From positions 14,540,914 to 14,604,913 of the forward strand of contig CAVNZM010000003.1 of the NCBI GenBank assembly GCA_963693365.1: a stretch of 64,000 bases of DNA, written 5' to 3'. The position numbers and the translations under genes were made by a program. The notes beneath the pieces were generated by a model. It had not been told where the DNA came from, ran no database searches, and saw only the letters and a list, made by a program, of their open reading frames with translations. Below are positions 26,354 through 37,477 of this stretch, in pieces. Numbering within the stretch: the first letter of the stretch is position 1; each line of letters starts with the position of its first letter. The stretch is from Amoebidium appalachense. Its lineage: Eukaryota; Protista; Ichthyosporea.

Positions 26354-29023
26354 CGACCTTGACGATCTTCGTGGCAGCCTTGAGGCCCGTTTTCTTCAAC
26401 TCAAACCACTCAGCACTGAGTCTCATGCCGAACTACTTCTTCGGATCATTGCCGGCACAGAAGGCGGCTGGGATTCGTCAACGGGAGCGCCACAGCCAAA
26501 ACGCCACCGCTTAAAAAACCAAAACGAAGCAGTTAACGTAACATCAGATATCCGGCATTGATGCAGATGAAAATCTCGAGCCCATGTTTTGTGCGAGTGA
26601 AGCGATTCGCCTTTACGCCGAGGACACTTTCTTCGCTAATGCGCTGTCTTGCTGCCGATCAACCTGAAATGCTCACATGCATAACCCCGGCGGTCATGTT
26701 CAGGTTGCTTAAATGGGAAAAGTATACTGTTAGAGAGATTGAGCTCTTTCGGTTTGCGGATTCATGGTGTCAGAAAACGGGATACAGTCTGGAAACTGTG
26801 GCGGGGCAGGGCCTTTTTGCTCAAATGAACATGGATGAATTGGTGGATGTGGAGAAGAGCGGGCGCATCTCACCGAAAATGCTCCTGGATGCTTATAGGC
26901 GGCAACATTTACATTTCGCAAGACATTGCCCGATCCCGATCTATGAAAACTACTCCGGGACGTGTGTTGCCTCTAGGGGGACATCCCCTTGGACGAAAGT
27001 GAACCTGCAATGGTTGTAAACCACGGCAAGCCCCCAGTCATCAATTTATTGATCCGTGAGGTCCTTGTGCCCAAAAAACGGGGGAAGTCTTCGCCCCGTG
27101 AAAAAACAGCACGTATGTGGGGATCAATGGGGGTTGAGTGTAGGGTGTAGGTGGGTGGGTGAAAAAGAAAATATAGCTGTAAAGCTGTAGGTGCTAAACA
27201 CAGAGGATGTGTTGTTGCTTGCTGATCTGCTAAAAACTGTCGTGCTTATATACCTAAGGCTGCCGAACTGAGCCAATCAAAACCGATCTACTAGTGTATG
27301 TGAAATCTTATCCTGAGCCAATCAAACTCGGTCTAGTGATCTGTGGAATCTGATGCTTTGATCGGCTAATAGGTGCCCGTATGCGGGCAGCCGAACGCGA
27401 ACTGCTAAAACATGAAACGAAGCCTGTTGATATCGGACACCCATCCTACGTGTTTACCCAGAAAAATATTTATGTCAATAATTTCCACAAATAAAACCTC
27501 TATGAAAACTACTCCGGGACGTGTGTTGCCTCTAGGGGGACATCCCCTTGGACGAAAGTGAACCTGCAATGGTTGTAAACCACGGCACGAGAGCAGTATG
27601 CTTGCTCCAAAGGTTTCACTTAAGAATAGAGGCGAATACACGTGTGGTAGTGGCAGCAATGGAGGCCGGACGAAGTCGGGTATAGATCAGGAAACAGTCG
27701 GAGGACCACCTGCCGAGTTGTTTGATCCGGGAGTCGTCGACCCCGGCCTCAGCCAGTGCTGTGGGCCCCCCGATGCGGAGGCTGTGTCCGGCAAACCGGG
27801 AGGGTGAGAGGCCTGCCCGGGAGAGGAGGGCACGGAAGTCGGCAGAGAAAGCACTCTTGGTGTAGGGGATGCCACCGAGACTGAAGAGGGGGTCGTTGGG
27901 TTGACCGGACGTTGTATCCAGGAACTGCCGGAGGAGATGGGCTTGGGTTGACCGGACGTTGTATCCAGGAACTGCCGGAGGAGATGGGCTGGGGAGAAGT
28001 GGGTGAGGGGCAGGGCAGCTAGAGTGACGTTGACACCTCGGGCCTGTACATCCGTCTTAGAGGTTGGCAGGTGGAGGGTGGCATGGGACAAAGTACCGGT
28101 GGGGGTGTAGGTGAAGGTCACGTCTTTCCGTTTAACGTGACGGGACGGGTCAAAGGAAGTCAGGGTTTTGGAGGTAAATTCCCCCGAACGGAGGAGACCA
28201 CAGAAACCGACGATGAGGGCCGTCCATAGCCGTAGATTAGCCGAGGAGGCCTTGGTGGGGCACTGGCCATGGAGTAGGCTAAGGTGGGAGGGCAGGAGGG
28301 GCTCCCTGGTGGATGATCGGGGTCGGATGTTGTGAGAAAGCTGCCATCTGCCCACCCCTCGGAAGAACCAGGCCAGAGACTTGTCGTGGGGGTAGGGAGC
28401 AGGGAGGCCCATGTCGAGGTGGAGTCTGGTGATGGCTGAATTGTAGCCGGCCAAGGAAGAGGCCTGTACCCCTCGTTGGGCACACCAGGCGAGAAAAAGC
28501 TGCACGGTGTGGGGGGAGGCCGGGAGGGAGGACCCGGCGGAGGATTGCAGCCGAGATGCCACACAAAAATCGATGAACACTTTTTTTTTTTTTCTTTGTA
28601 CCCTGGAGTAAAAGGCCCGAGAGTCGAGGTTGAGACTCAGGGCCTGGCATTCCTGCAGGGTAGTGGTGGCACGAAGCAGCTCGGCCGGAGCAAAGTGGGG
28701 GGCCAATCGGCCAGCGTTGCTCCGGAAGGGGAGATCTGGGGGGGGGGGGGGGGGTGAGCCCAGGGGAAGGGATAGGAACTTGTGGACCCAGAAGGGGAAG
28801 GGGCAGGGCTCCGGTTGCAGGTAAGGTCGGAGTCGTCGGGTCCGGGGAAGTTGGTTACGGAGGAGCTGCGCGGCGAATGATTGGGCTGGGTAGGGGGGCC
28901 AGCAGCTCCCAGAGGCGGGAGGTGTCAACGTGGTGCTGGGGCAGCGGGCGGGCCACCGGGGCTGAGCCTCGGGGGAAGGGGGTGGTTAGCAAGGGTGGGG
29001 CACCCTCGGGGAGATCCCGGCAT

Positions 29024-29064
<41 letters not shown>

Positions 29065-30847
29065 CAGGGCCCCGGGGGGTTAGAGTAGGGCAGCTGGGCC
29101 CGAGGGAGGGTTTGCAGGGAGGGCAGCGGGGCCCTGTGCAGGGGATGCCCGAGCACGCGCGGGTGTGGGCGTACACAGAGTTAGAAGAAGGGAGGGAGCG
29201 CTAGGTGAGTGTAAGGGGGGGAGGCTCGTGGGATGGGGGGGGAGTAAATTTATGTGCAGTGGCCAGAATAACGTCTTTGTGTAGGGACATTTATTCTTGG
29301 CGCGCGCGGGCGCCGTAGTTGGCCTGCGAAAAATGTTACTCAGCCCTAGTGCCCCGTTTTTCCCGAGCTCCGTGTCCTTGGACCCGTGTAACCTAGCTCC
29401 TAGCCCCTATGTTCTATCTGTGGGTGTGGGTGTGCGCGTAGACTAGGCATTGTGCTTGCAGTCTTTGCGGGGGTGTGTGCCAGAGCAGAGCGGGCACACG
29501 TGGGAGAAGGGGCAGGGCTGCTTAGCGCAGGACCGACCGTTGTGGAAATTCCTGCAGTGTGTTGCGGGTAGATCCACGGGTCGGGCCGGTGGTGCCGGGC
29601 CGGGTTGCGGGCCGGGTCGGTTGGGGGTTTGTCCCCCGCCGGGCTTGTGGGGGGGCTCGAAACCATCAAGACCACAGCCGGGCTTGGGGTACATGGGGCA
29701 GGCCGCGCTGGGGTGGTCGGGGAAGCCGCAACGCTGACATGCGTCCGGGATGAGCAGAGTGGGTGGCAGGAGGAGATCCTGGTGGAGTTGGGCGAGCAGG
29801 TTGGGACACTCGATCGGAGCCCGACCCTGTTGGTGGGCAACGGTTCGGGCGTATACGTCATAGTTGTGGATCTGGGTCCACGGGTATCGGGTGCTGAGGC
29901 GAGTGATGCGTTGGTCAGCCTGTGGCGGAGGTCGCTGCGGGTTAGGCGCTTAGGTGCCGCGGTAGGGGCGGCGGCTGAGGCCTGGCGCTTTTTCGGCGGC
30001 ATGCTGACCGGCGTAGGGAAAGATAGGGAGAAGAAAAGAAAAAAGAAAATATAGCTGTAAAGCTGTAGGTGCTAAACACAGAGGATGTGTTGTTGCTTGC
30101 TGATCTGCTAAAAACTGTCGTGCTTATATACCTAAGGCTGCCGAACTGAGCCAATCAAAACCGATCTAGTGTATGTGAAATCTTATCCTGAGCCAATCAA
30201 ACTCGGTCTAGTGATCTGTGGAATCTGATGCTTTGATCGGCTAATAGGTGCCCGTATGCGGGCAGCCGAACGCGAACTGCTAAAACATGAAACGAAGCCT
30301 GTTGATATCGGACACCCATCCTACGTGTTTACCCAGAAAAATATTTATGTCAATAATTTCCACAAATAAAACCTATCTTCGATTTTCCAAGACAGTGGTT
30401 TGCACCGCGTCTTGCGTACAAATTTACTTTTGAGGCAACAGAAGATGAAATACCCAGCCCCCCCCCCCCCCCCCCCCCCCCATCGCAATCAGGAACTGAC
30501 ATCCAAAGAGAAACTCGATTTTGGTGGGGTCAAAGTAACGGGATCTCTGCTGTTTTGGCCTCGTAGGGAAAGACCAGCGGAACCCGACCAAATTGTCATG
30601 GCAATGACCATTTCCTTCCCCCGTCACTTTCTGGGCCAACCCCGTGTAGCATTGGAATCCGTTGCTTTCGAGACAGAACAGAGGGGTAGGAAAGTCGTGC
30701 GCACATATTGTGGTGGGTTGCGCGGCAGGTCTGAAACGGTTGCCATTTTTACCCACAATCACTGATGATGACATTCGAGGCATGATTCAGGGACGTGGGC
30801 GGTTTATGGTGCTTGCTGGTTTTTACTTGGCCGGAAGCTGCCCATGA
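24750..30847 (+). pseudogene. BTB/POZ-BACK domain gene, frameshifted and interrupted by a Ngaro derivative
   Basis: BTB motifs: LCDVTL..FPAHRVFL | ASDYFDRLL..FIES..ALSLLLRCCYG..ENAIHLINAADR | FDLDDL. BACK-like VREIELFRFADSW..MNMDEL. Introns at about 24932-25661 and 25858-26350. Coding-like sequence resumes after 30373. Several 1-nt shifts. Confidence 0.75.
26940..30373 (-). mobile_element. Ngaro-type YR retroelement, internally deleted (no RT/RNaseH, partial gag, YR retained), copy 1
   Basis: Split direct repeats A1 (~30039-30373), B1 (27499-27587), A2 (~27160-27498), B2 (26940-27028). YR motifs LLRSGE and SKTD. A ~43-bp duplication near 27900-27990 shifts the YR C-terminus. No TSD. Confidence 0.92.
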
Positions 30848-31379
30848 GTCATGATGAATGACGAATGATAACGACACCACGCGCGTTCTCTTCTTTTAGC
30901 GTTATTATATATATAAGTTAGAGAATCTCGAGTTTAGATGATACCAGTCATGGTGTTGCTTTTCTTGTAGATGAGAAGCAGAACGAGCAGAAATTTTTTT
31001 AAACCTCCATAGCAATGTGTTGGGGGATCCTGCACATATATGGACAAACATACTGGTGCCCGCGCCGTGACAAAGGTGTGGTATGGCTTGACGATCAAGC
31101 CGAGCGTATCATAGTCTGGTTTCCTGTACCTATACATACTTCGTATACTCAGTGGTGCATTCTAACCTTATCACAATAGCCCCCCCCCCCCCCCCCCCCC
31201 CCCCTTCCACACACGCACACTACACGGGCCGCCGCCCCTCCCACCACTCCAAACAATATGGTATTAGAGTGGGTGAGTGAGTGGATGTGGGTCAACTCGG
31301 TAGCCTATTGTTATGTACATATGACATTGTATCATAAAGGCACACAAGTGTTTGGGGTCCGGGACACCAAGGATTATCT

Positions 31380-31508
31380 CGGCACTTGGATGTGGATATA
31401 TGTTGGGTATATCTAGGCATGTGGACGTAAATTTGCTGGATATCTGGACATGTGGACGTAAATTTGTTGGATATCTGGGCACTGTGCGGATGTAAATTTG
31501 TTGGATAT
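31380..31508. repeat. ~31-bp tandem repeat interrupted by the LTR element; continues at 41073
   Basis: gatatctggacatgtggacgtaaatttgttg-like units, about 4 copies; gatatctgggcatatggatg resumes after 41072. Confidence 0.75.
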
Positions 31509-33132
31509 TGTAAACAACTGTACACATGAACTGTACATGTTTACTAAAGAATGTGATCTACTAGCACACGATTCGTGCTTTGTCATGAATATCACATAAA
31601 TATTATGTCCGCACCAATAGGACTCACTCTGACCTAAGAATTGAACCATATATGATTCTATTGCTGCATACCACATAAACGAAGTGGACCAATAAGGGGT
31701 TTGCATAAATAGGACGAAGGTCTGACTGGCTCGGACCGCACCAGAATCACGAATGGCATGTTGCCACCCGCGCTGGCCGCGGATGAACCAATCCTGGGCC
31801 TTGATCCGAAACCTGGGGGCTATATAACAAAGCCGTCCCAGTACGGGGATCACATCAGTGAAGTCTGAGACAGACTGAGTCGGCCCATAGTAAAAGCAAC
31901 CTGGCCGCGTGTGCCTTTCTACCCGTTCTCTGTCTTTATTTTGATTCAGTTGTACTCTGCCTTATCCTAACTAGTCCAACTGTTTACATTGGCGACCGCG
32001 CAGTTCAAGAATCTCGCATCCTTCGAATCTCACATCTTTCAATCAGCTCAAGAATCTCACATCTTTCAATTACCCCAAGAATCTGCCATGGCCGATCACA
32101 AATCCTTTTTACCACGATGATAGGCACATCTTTCCTTGTCCGACTTAGAATATATACACCGACAAGTTTGAAGTGGCCAGCCCACCTACACGGAAAGAAT
32201 TGAACGCATGTAAAACGGCTTTTGCTACGACACAAAGAAAATGTGAAGAAAAACGAATACACAACAAAACAACGAATACACGAACAAACGAATAAAGAAT
32301 TGCTAACGAAGCAATGAACCAACGAAAAACGAACCATCACGAATACACAACGAAATAACGAATTAACAACAAACGAATGCATAGAGGAAATACGAAATAA
32401 ACGCAACACGAAAATAAAACGAAGGAACGAAGTTATGAAACAACGATCTATGAAAACTACTCCGGGACGTGTGTTGCCTCTAGGGGGACATCCCCTTGGA
32501 CGAAAGTGAACCTGCAATGGTTGTAAACCACGGCAAGCCCCCAGTCATCAATTTATTGATCCGTGAGGTCCTTGTGCCCAAAAAACGGGGGAAGTCTTCG
32601 CCCCGTGAAAAAACAGCACGTATGTGTGGATCAATGGGGGTTGAGTGTGGGTGTGGGTGGGTGGGTGAAAAAGGAATATATAGCTGTAAGGCTGTGAGTG
32701 CTAAACACAGAAGATGTGTTTGTAGCTTGCTGATCTGCTAAAAACTGTCGTGCTTATATACCTAAGCCTACCAATTTGAGCCAATCAAAATCGATCTAGT
32801 GATATGTGAAATCTGATCCGAGCCAATCGAAACTCGGTCTAGTGATATGTGGAATCTGATGTTTTGATTGGCTAATAGGTGCTCGTGTGCGGGCAGCCAA
32901 CCGCGAACTGCTAAAACACGAAATGAAGCCTACATGGTTATGTTGATACCGAACACCCATCCTACGTGTTTACCCAGAAAAAATATTTATGTCAATAAAT
33001 TCCACAAATAAAACCTCTATGAAAACTACTCCGGGACGTGTGTTGCCTCTAGGGGGACATCCCCTTGGACGAAAGTGAACCTGCAATGGTTGTAAACCAC
33101 GGCACGAGAGCAGTATGCTTGCTCCAAAGGTT

Positions 33133-34335
33133 TCACTTAAGAATAGAGGCGAATACACGTGTGGTAGTGGCAGCAATGGAGGCCGGGCGAAGTCGAGTAT
33201 AGATCAGGAAACAGTCGGAGGACCATCTGCCGAGTTGTTTGATCCGGGAGTTGTCGACCCCGGCCTCAGCCAGGGCTGTGGCCCCCCCGATTCGGAGGCT
33301 GTGGCCGGCAAACCGGGAGGGTGAGAGGCCTGCCCGGGAGAGGAGAGCACGGAAGTCGGCAGAGAAAGCACCCTTGGTGTAGGGAATGCCACCGAGACTG
33401 AACAGGGGGTCGTCGGGTTGACCGGACGTTGTATCCAGGAACTGCCGGAGGAGATGGGCTGGGGAGAAGTGGGTGAGGGGCAGGGCAGCGAGAGTGACGT
33501 TGACACCTTGGGCCTGTACATCCGTCTTGGAGGTTGGCAGGTGGAGGGTGGCATGGGACAAAGTACCGGAGGGGGTGTAGCTGAAGGTCACGTCCTTCCT
33601 TTTAACGTGACGGGACGGGTCGAAGGAAGTCAGGGTCTTGGAGGTAAATTCCCCCGAACGGAGGAGACCACAAAAACCGACGATGAGGACCGTCCATAGC
33701 CGGAGATTGGCCGAGGAGGCCTTGGTGGGGCACTGGCCATGGAGTAGGCTGAGGTGGGAGGGCAGGAGGGGCTCGCTGGTAGATGATCGGGGCCGGATGT
33801 TGTGAGAAAGCTGCCATCTGCCCACCCCTCGTAGGAACCAGGCCAGAGACTTGTCGTGGGGGTAGGGAGCAGGGAGGCCCATGTCGAGGTGGAGTCTGGT
33901 GATGGCCGAATTGTAGCCGGCCAAGGAAGAGGCCTGTACCCCTCGTTGGGCACACCAGGCGAGAAAGAGCTGCACGGTGTGTGGGGAGGCCGGGAGGTAG
34001 GACCCGGAGGAGGACTGCAGCCGAGATGCCACACAAAAATCGATGAACACTTTTTGCACCCGGGAGTAAAAGGCCCGAGAGTCGAGGTTGAGACTCAGGG
34101 CCTGGCATTCCTGCAGGGTAGTGGTGGCTCGAAGCAGCTCGGCCGGAGCAAAGTGGGGGGCCAATCTGCCGGCGTTGCTCCGGAAGGGGAGATCTGGGGG
34201 GAGGGGGGGGGGGGGGGTGTTAGCCCAGGGGATAGGATAGGAACTCGTGGACCCAGGAGGGGAAGGGGCAGGGCTCCGGTTGCAGGGAAGGTCGGAGTCG
34301 TCGGGCTCGGGGAAGTTGGTTACGAGAAATGGCAT
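33133..34335 (-). CDS. Tyrosine recombinase of the Ngaro element
   Basis: Catalytic R (GLLRSGEF), K (SKTD), HSLRIGGAT, GRW and Y. Overlaps the RNaseH 3' end. Confidence 0.93.
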   Translation of the reverse strand: MPFLVTNFPEPDDSDLPCNRSPAPSPPGSTSSYPIPWANTPPPPLPPDLPFRSNAGRLAPHFAPAELLRATTTLQECQALSLNLDSRAFYSRVQKVFIDFCVASRLQSSSGSYLPASPHTVQLFLAWCAQRGVQASSLAGYNSAITRLHLDMGLPAPYPHDKSLAWFLRGVGRWQLSHNIRPRSSTSEPLLPSHLSLLHGQCPTKASSANLRLWTVLIVGFCGLLRSGEFTSKTLTSFDPSRHVKRKDVTFSYTPSGTLSHATLHLPTSKTDVQAQGVNVTLAALPLTHFSPAHLLRQFLDTTSGQPDDPLFSLGGIPYTKGAFSADFRALLSRAGLSPSRFAGHSLRIGGATALAEAGVDNSRIKQLGRWSSDCFLIYTRLRPASIAATTTRVFASILK

Positions 34336-35686
34336 CGGCTAGATGGTTGAGGGGTCCCGGTAGGTAGGAGGCCTGTAACGTGAATTGGTATTGCATTTCC
34401 ATGCGGGTGATGAACCGAATAAGTTTGGCCATCACGGGGTGGGGGGAAGACCGGGAGTGCAGGTCAGACACAGCACCCGTGTTGTCGCATAAAATACGGA
34501 CATGGTGGGTGGACCAGGAGGGGGCCCAGAGGGCCACGGCGGCTGCGATGGCCAAGAGTTCGATGACGGAGGAACCGAGTTTACCCTCATGAGTATAGAG
34601 GGCTTGGGTGGGGGGAGACCAGGGCATGAAAAACCATTGGTCGAGCCAGTGGCCCCCTAGACCCACGGATCCGGCAGCATCGGTGGCCAGGGTGGTGTAT
34701 GTGGGGGGGGTGATAAGGTGCACCCCATTCCATGATGTGAGGAACTGGTGCCATTCGGTTATGTCTGCCCGGGCGGCAGCAGACAGCCGTATGTGGTGGT
34801 GCCCGGCAAGGTGTGGGTGTTTTCGGAGAAGGGCCCATAGGCGCTGGGAGAAGGCCCGCCCGGGGGGGACCAGCTGGGCACACCAGGTGAGTTTTCCGAG
34901 GAGGGATTGCAGGTCCCGAATGGTGATGGTGGGTGTTGGGTGGGAAGTGAGGTCGAGTAGGTCCGAGAGTTTGGAAGCAGGGATCCGTGCCTCCATGGTG
35001 ACGGAGTCGAATTCGATACCGATGAAGACAATACGGGTAGCCGGGCCCTGCATCTTGTCTTCGGAGATGGCAATGTGCAGCTCTCGGCAGAGTTGCAGGA
35101 AGGTGGATAGGTGACGTTGGCACTGCTCTTGGGTGGGGGCGACTATAATCCAGTCGTCTACGTAGTGGCGGATGAGGGTAACACCGTGCTGGTGTGCCAG
35201 CCACTGGAGGGTGGCCGCGATCCGTTCCCAGATGGCTGGGCTAGATTTCAGGCCGAAGGGCAGTCGGGTGTCAACGTAAAAATGCCCCTGCCATCTGAAT
35301 GCCATTAAGTGATGGTCTTCTGGTCGGATGGGCATGTGCCGGAAGGCAGCCTGCACGTCTGCCACGGCCATGTAGCAGCCGGGGCCTGCGTCGAGAATGA
35401 GCTGGGTGACGTCCCGGGCTCGAATGTACTGAAGTTCGTCGGGGTAGGTGACGCTGTCATTGACGCTGCTGCCCCGGGGCCATGAGAGGTGGTGAATTCG
35501 ACGGTACTTGGGGGGGTTCCCTTTTTTAGTAACGGCGCCGATGGGGGAGGAACGGTGGACCGGAAATTCGGCGAAGAATTGGTCCGGGGAGAGGGGGCCG
35601 CGCAGGTGGCCGAGGGCGACTTCGTTGGCAATATCCGCCGTGATAGCGGCAGCAGCAGCCGGGGTGGTGGGTAGGTTGGGGCCCAC
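34220..35686 (-). CDS. RT-RNaseH of the Ngaro element (likely begins at ATG 36168 across homopolymer shifts)
   Basis: KYRRIHHLS, ADVQAAFR, LPFGLKSSP, YVDD, FIGIEFD; RNaseH TDAAG..IELLA..CDN..ADAISR. Confidence 0.93.
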   Translation of the reverse strand: MGPNLPTTPAAAAAITADIANEVALGHLRGPLSPDQFFAEFPVHRSSPIGAVTKKGNPPKYRRIHHLSWPRGSSVNDSVTYPDELQYIRARDVTQLILDAGPGCYMAVADVQAAFRHMPIRPEDHHLMAFRWQGHFYVDTRLPFGLKSSPAIWERIAATLQWLAHQHGVTLIRHYVDDWIIVAPTQEQCQRHLSTFLQLCRELHIAISEDKMQGPATRIVFIGIEFDSVTMEARIPASKLSDLLDLTSHPTPTITIRDLQSLLGKLTWCAQLVPPGRAFSQRLWALLRKHPHLAGHHHIRLSAAARADITEWHQFLTSWNGVHLITPPTYTTLATDAAGSVGLGGHWLDQWFFMPWSPPTQALYTHEGKLGSSVIELLAIAAAVALWAPSWSTHHVRILCDNTGAVSDLHSRSSPHPVMAKLIRFITRMEMQYQFTLQASYLPGPLNHLADAISRNQLPRARRLRPSLQPEPCPFPSWVHEFLSYPLG

Positions 35687-36313
35687 CCGAGAGGTGGAGG
35701 GGCCGCGGTAGCCGATGTCGACACCGAATTCGACATCGTGGAGGAGCTGCGCGGCGAATGATTGGCCTGGGTAGGATGCCAGCAGCTCCCGGAGGCGGGA
35801 GGTGTCAATGTGGTGCTGGGGCAGCGGGCGGGCCTCCGGGTCTGAGCCTCGGGGGAAGGTGTGGTTAGCAAGGGTGGGGCACCCTCGGGGAGGTCCCGGC
35901 AGCGGGGGGGGGGGGGGGGGGGGGGGGGCAGCAGGGCCCCGGGGGGGTTAGAGTAGGGCAGCTGGGCCCGAGGGAGGGTTTGCAGGGAGGGCAGCGGGGC
36001 CCTGTGCAGGGGATGCCCGAGCACGCGCGGGTGTGGGTGGACACAGAGGTCGAAGAAGGGGGGGGAGGGAGTGCTAGGTGAGTGCCAGGGGAGGGGAGGC
36101 TCGTGGGATGGGGGGGGGGGAGTAAAATTATGTGCATTGGCCAGAATAACGTCTTTGTGTAGAGACATTTATTCTTGGCGCGCGCGGGCGCCGTAGTTGG
36201 CCTGCGAAAATTTGTACTCAGCCCTATTGGCCCGTTTTCCCGAGCTCCGTTTCCTTGTACCCGTGTGTCCTAGCTCCGAGCCCCTATGTTCTATCTGTGT
36301 GTGTGTGCGTAGA

Positions 36314-37477
36314 CTAGGCATTGTGCTTGCAGTCTTTGCGGGGGTGTGTGCCAGAGCAGAGCGGGCACACGTGGGAGAAGGGGCAGGGCTGCTTAGCGCA
36401 GGACCGACCGTTAATGTGGAAATTCCTGCAGTGCGTCGCGGGTAGATCCACGGGTCGGGCCGGTTTTGCCGGGCCGGGTTGCGGGCCAGGGCGGTTGGGG
36501 GTTTGGCCCCCGCCGGGCTTGTGGGGCGGCTTGAAGCCGTCAAGACCACAGCCGGGCTTGGGGTACATGGGGCAGGCCGCGCTGGGGTGGTCGGGGAAGC
36601 CACAGCGCTGACATGCGTCCGGGATGAGCAGAGTGGGTGGCAGGAGGAGATCCTGGTGGAGTTGGGCGAGCAGGTTGGGACACTCGATCGGAGCCCGACC
36701 CTGCTGGTGGGCAACAGTACGGGCGTACACGTCATAGTTGTGGATCTGGGCCCACGGGTATCGGGTGCTGAGGCGAGTGATGTGCTGAGTCCAAAGTACG
36801 TCCTTGTCCGTGGGGAGGTCGAGGTGGTGCTTGGCGGCCATGTAATGGGCCCAAGCTTGGATCCAAATGACGAGTGAACGCAGGGGAACGGGTTTGTCAT
36901 TGCGAAAAGCCTCGATGCTGCCGTCGTCGGCCATGCGCAGCTGCTGACCTTTCTTGGATGGGGCCAGGAGGGCTGCGGGGGTGAACTTATACAGGTCGAC
37001 GAAACGATTGGCGCGCAAATCTGCCAGCACATCCGCGGGGGGAAGCAGCAGTGTGCCCGGCTGAATGTCGCCAGTGTTCTCACCTGTAATGGGGGGCGCG
37101 GGCAGGGCAGGTAGGTCCAGGTCAGGGCCGAGATGCAGTCCCGGGGAAACCTCCCCGGGTGCAGGGGGTGCGGCAGGGGGCGCGGGAGGGTCGCGGTTGG
37201 TGAGAGCGGCCAGGACGCCAGCCATCTGGGTGCTGATGGCGGTGAGGGCGGCAAGGACGGCGTCTTGAGAAGTCATCGGCGGGGACGGCGGGGCCTGAGG
37301 AGGGACTTCAGGAGTAGAGGGGAGAGTAGCCGGAGGGTCCGTGGTGGTATGGGCCTCCGGAGGCGCGTCAGGGCCCGCGGGAGCGTTGGTCAGCCTGTGG
37401 CGGAGGTCGCTGCGGGTCAGGCGCTTAGGTGCCGCGGCGGGGGCGGTGGCTGAGGCCTGGCGTTTTTTCGGCGGCAT
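36314..37477 (-). CDS. Gag-like ORF1 of the Ngaro element
   Basis: 387 aa with CQRCGFPDHPSAAC knuckle and terminal CRNF..C..C..H.C..C..H..C zinc cluster typical of DIRS/Ngaro ORF1. Confidence 0.88.
   Translation of the reverse strand: MPPKKRQASATAPAAAPKRLTRSDLRHRLTNAPAGPDAPPEAHTTTDPPATLPSTPEVPPQAPPSPPMTSQDAVLAALTAISTQMAGVLAALTNRDPPAPPAAPPAPGEVSPGLHLGPDLDLPALPAPPITGENTGDIQPGTLLLPPADVLADLRANRFVDLYKFTPAALLAPSKKGQQLRMADDGSIEAFRNDKPVPLRSLVIWIQAWAHYMAAKHHLDLPTDKDVLWTQHITRLSTRYPWAQIHNYDVYARTVAHQQGRAPIECPNLLAQLHQDLLLPPTLLIPDACQRCGFPDHPSAACPMYPKPGCGLDGFKPPHKPGGGQTPNRPGPQPGPAKPARPVDLPATHCRNFHINGRSCAKQPCPFSHVCPLCSGTHPRKDCKHNA

Noticed and set aside
26975-27065. GGACGAAA and TCCGTGAGG in the Ngaro B repeat/spacer recalling hammerhead stem II
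   Set aside because: No CTGANGA in a suitable position on either strand, and the order is wrong.
30934-31137. Small minus-strand ORF as a possible terminal exon of another gene
   Set aside because: Too short, with no convincing motif or upstream exons.
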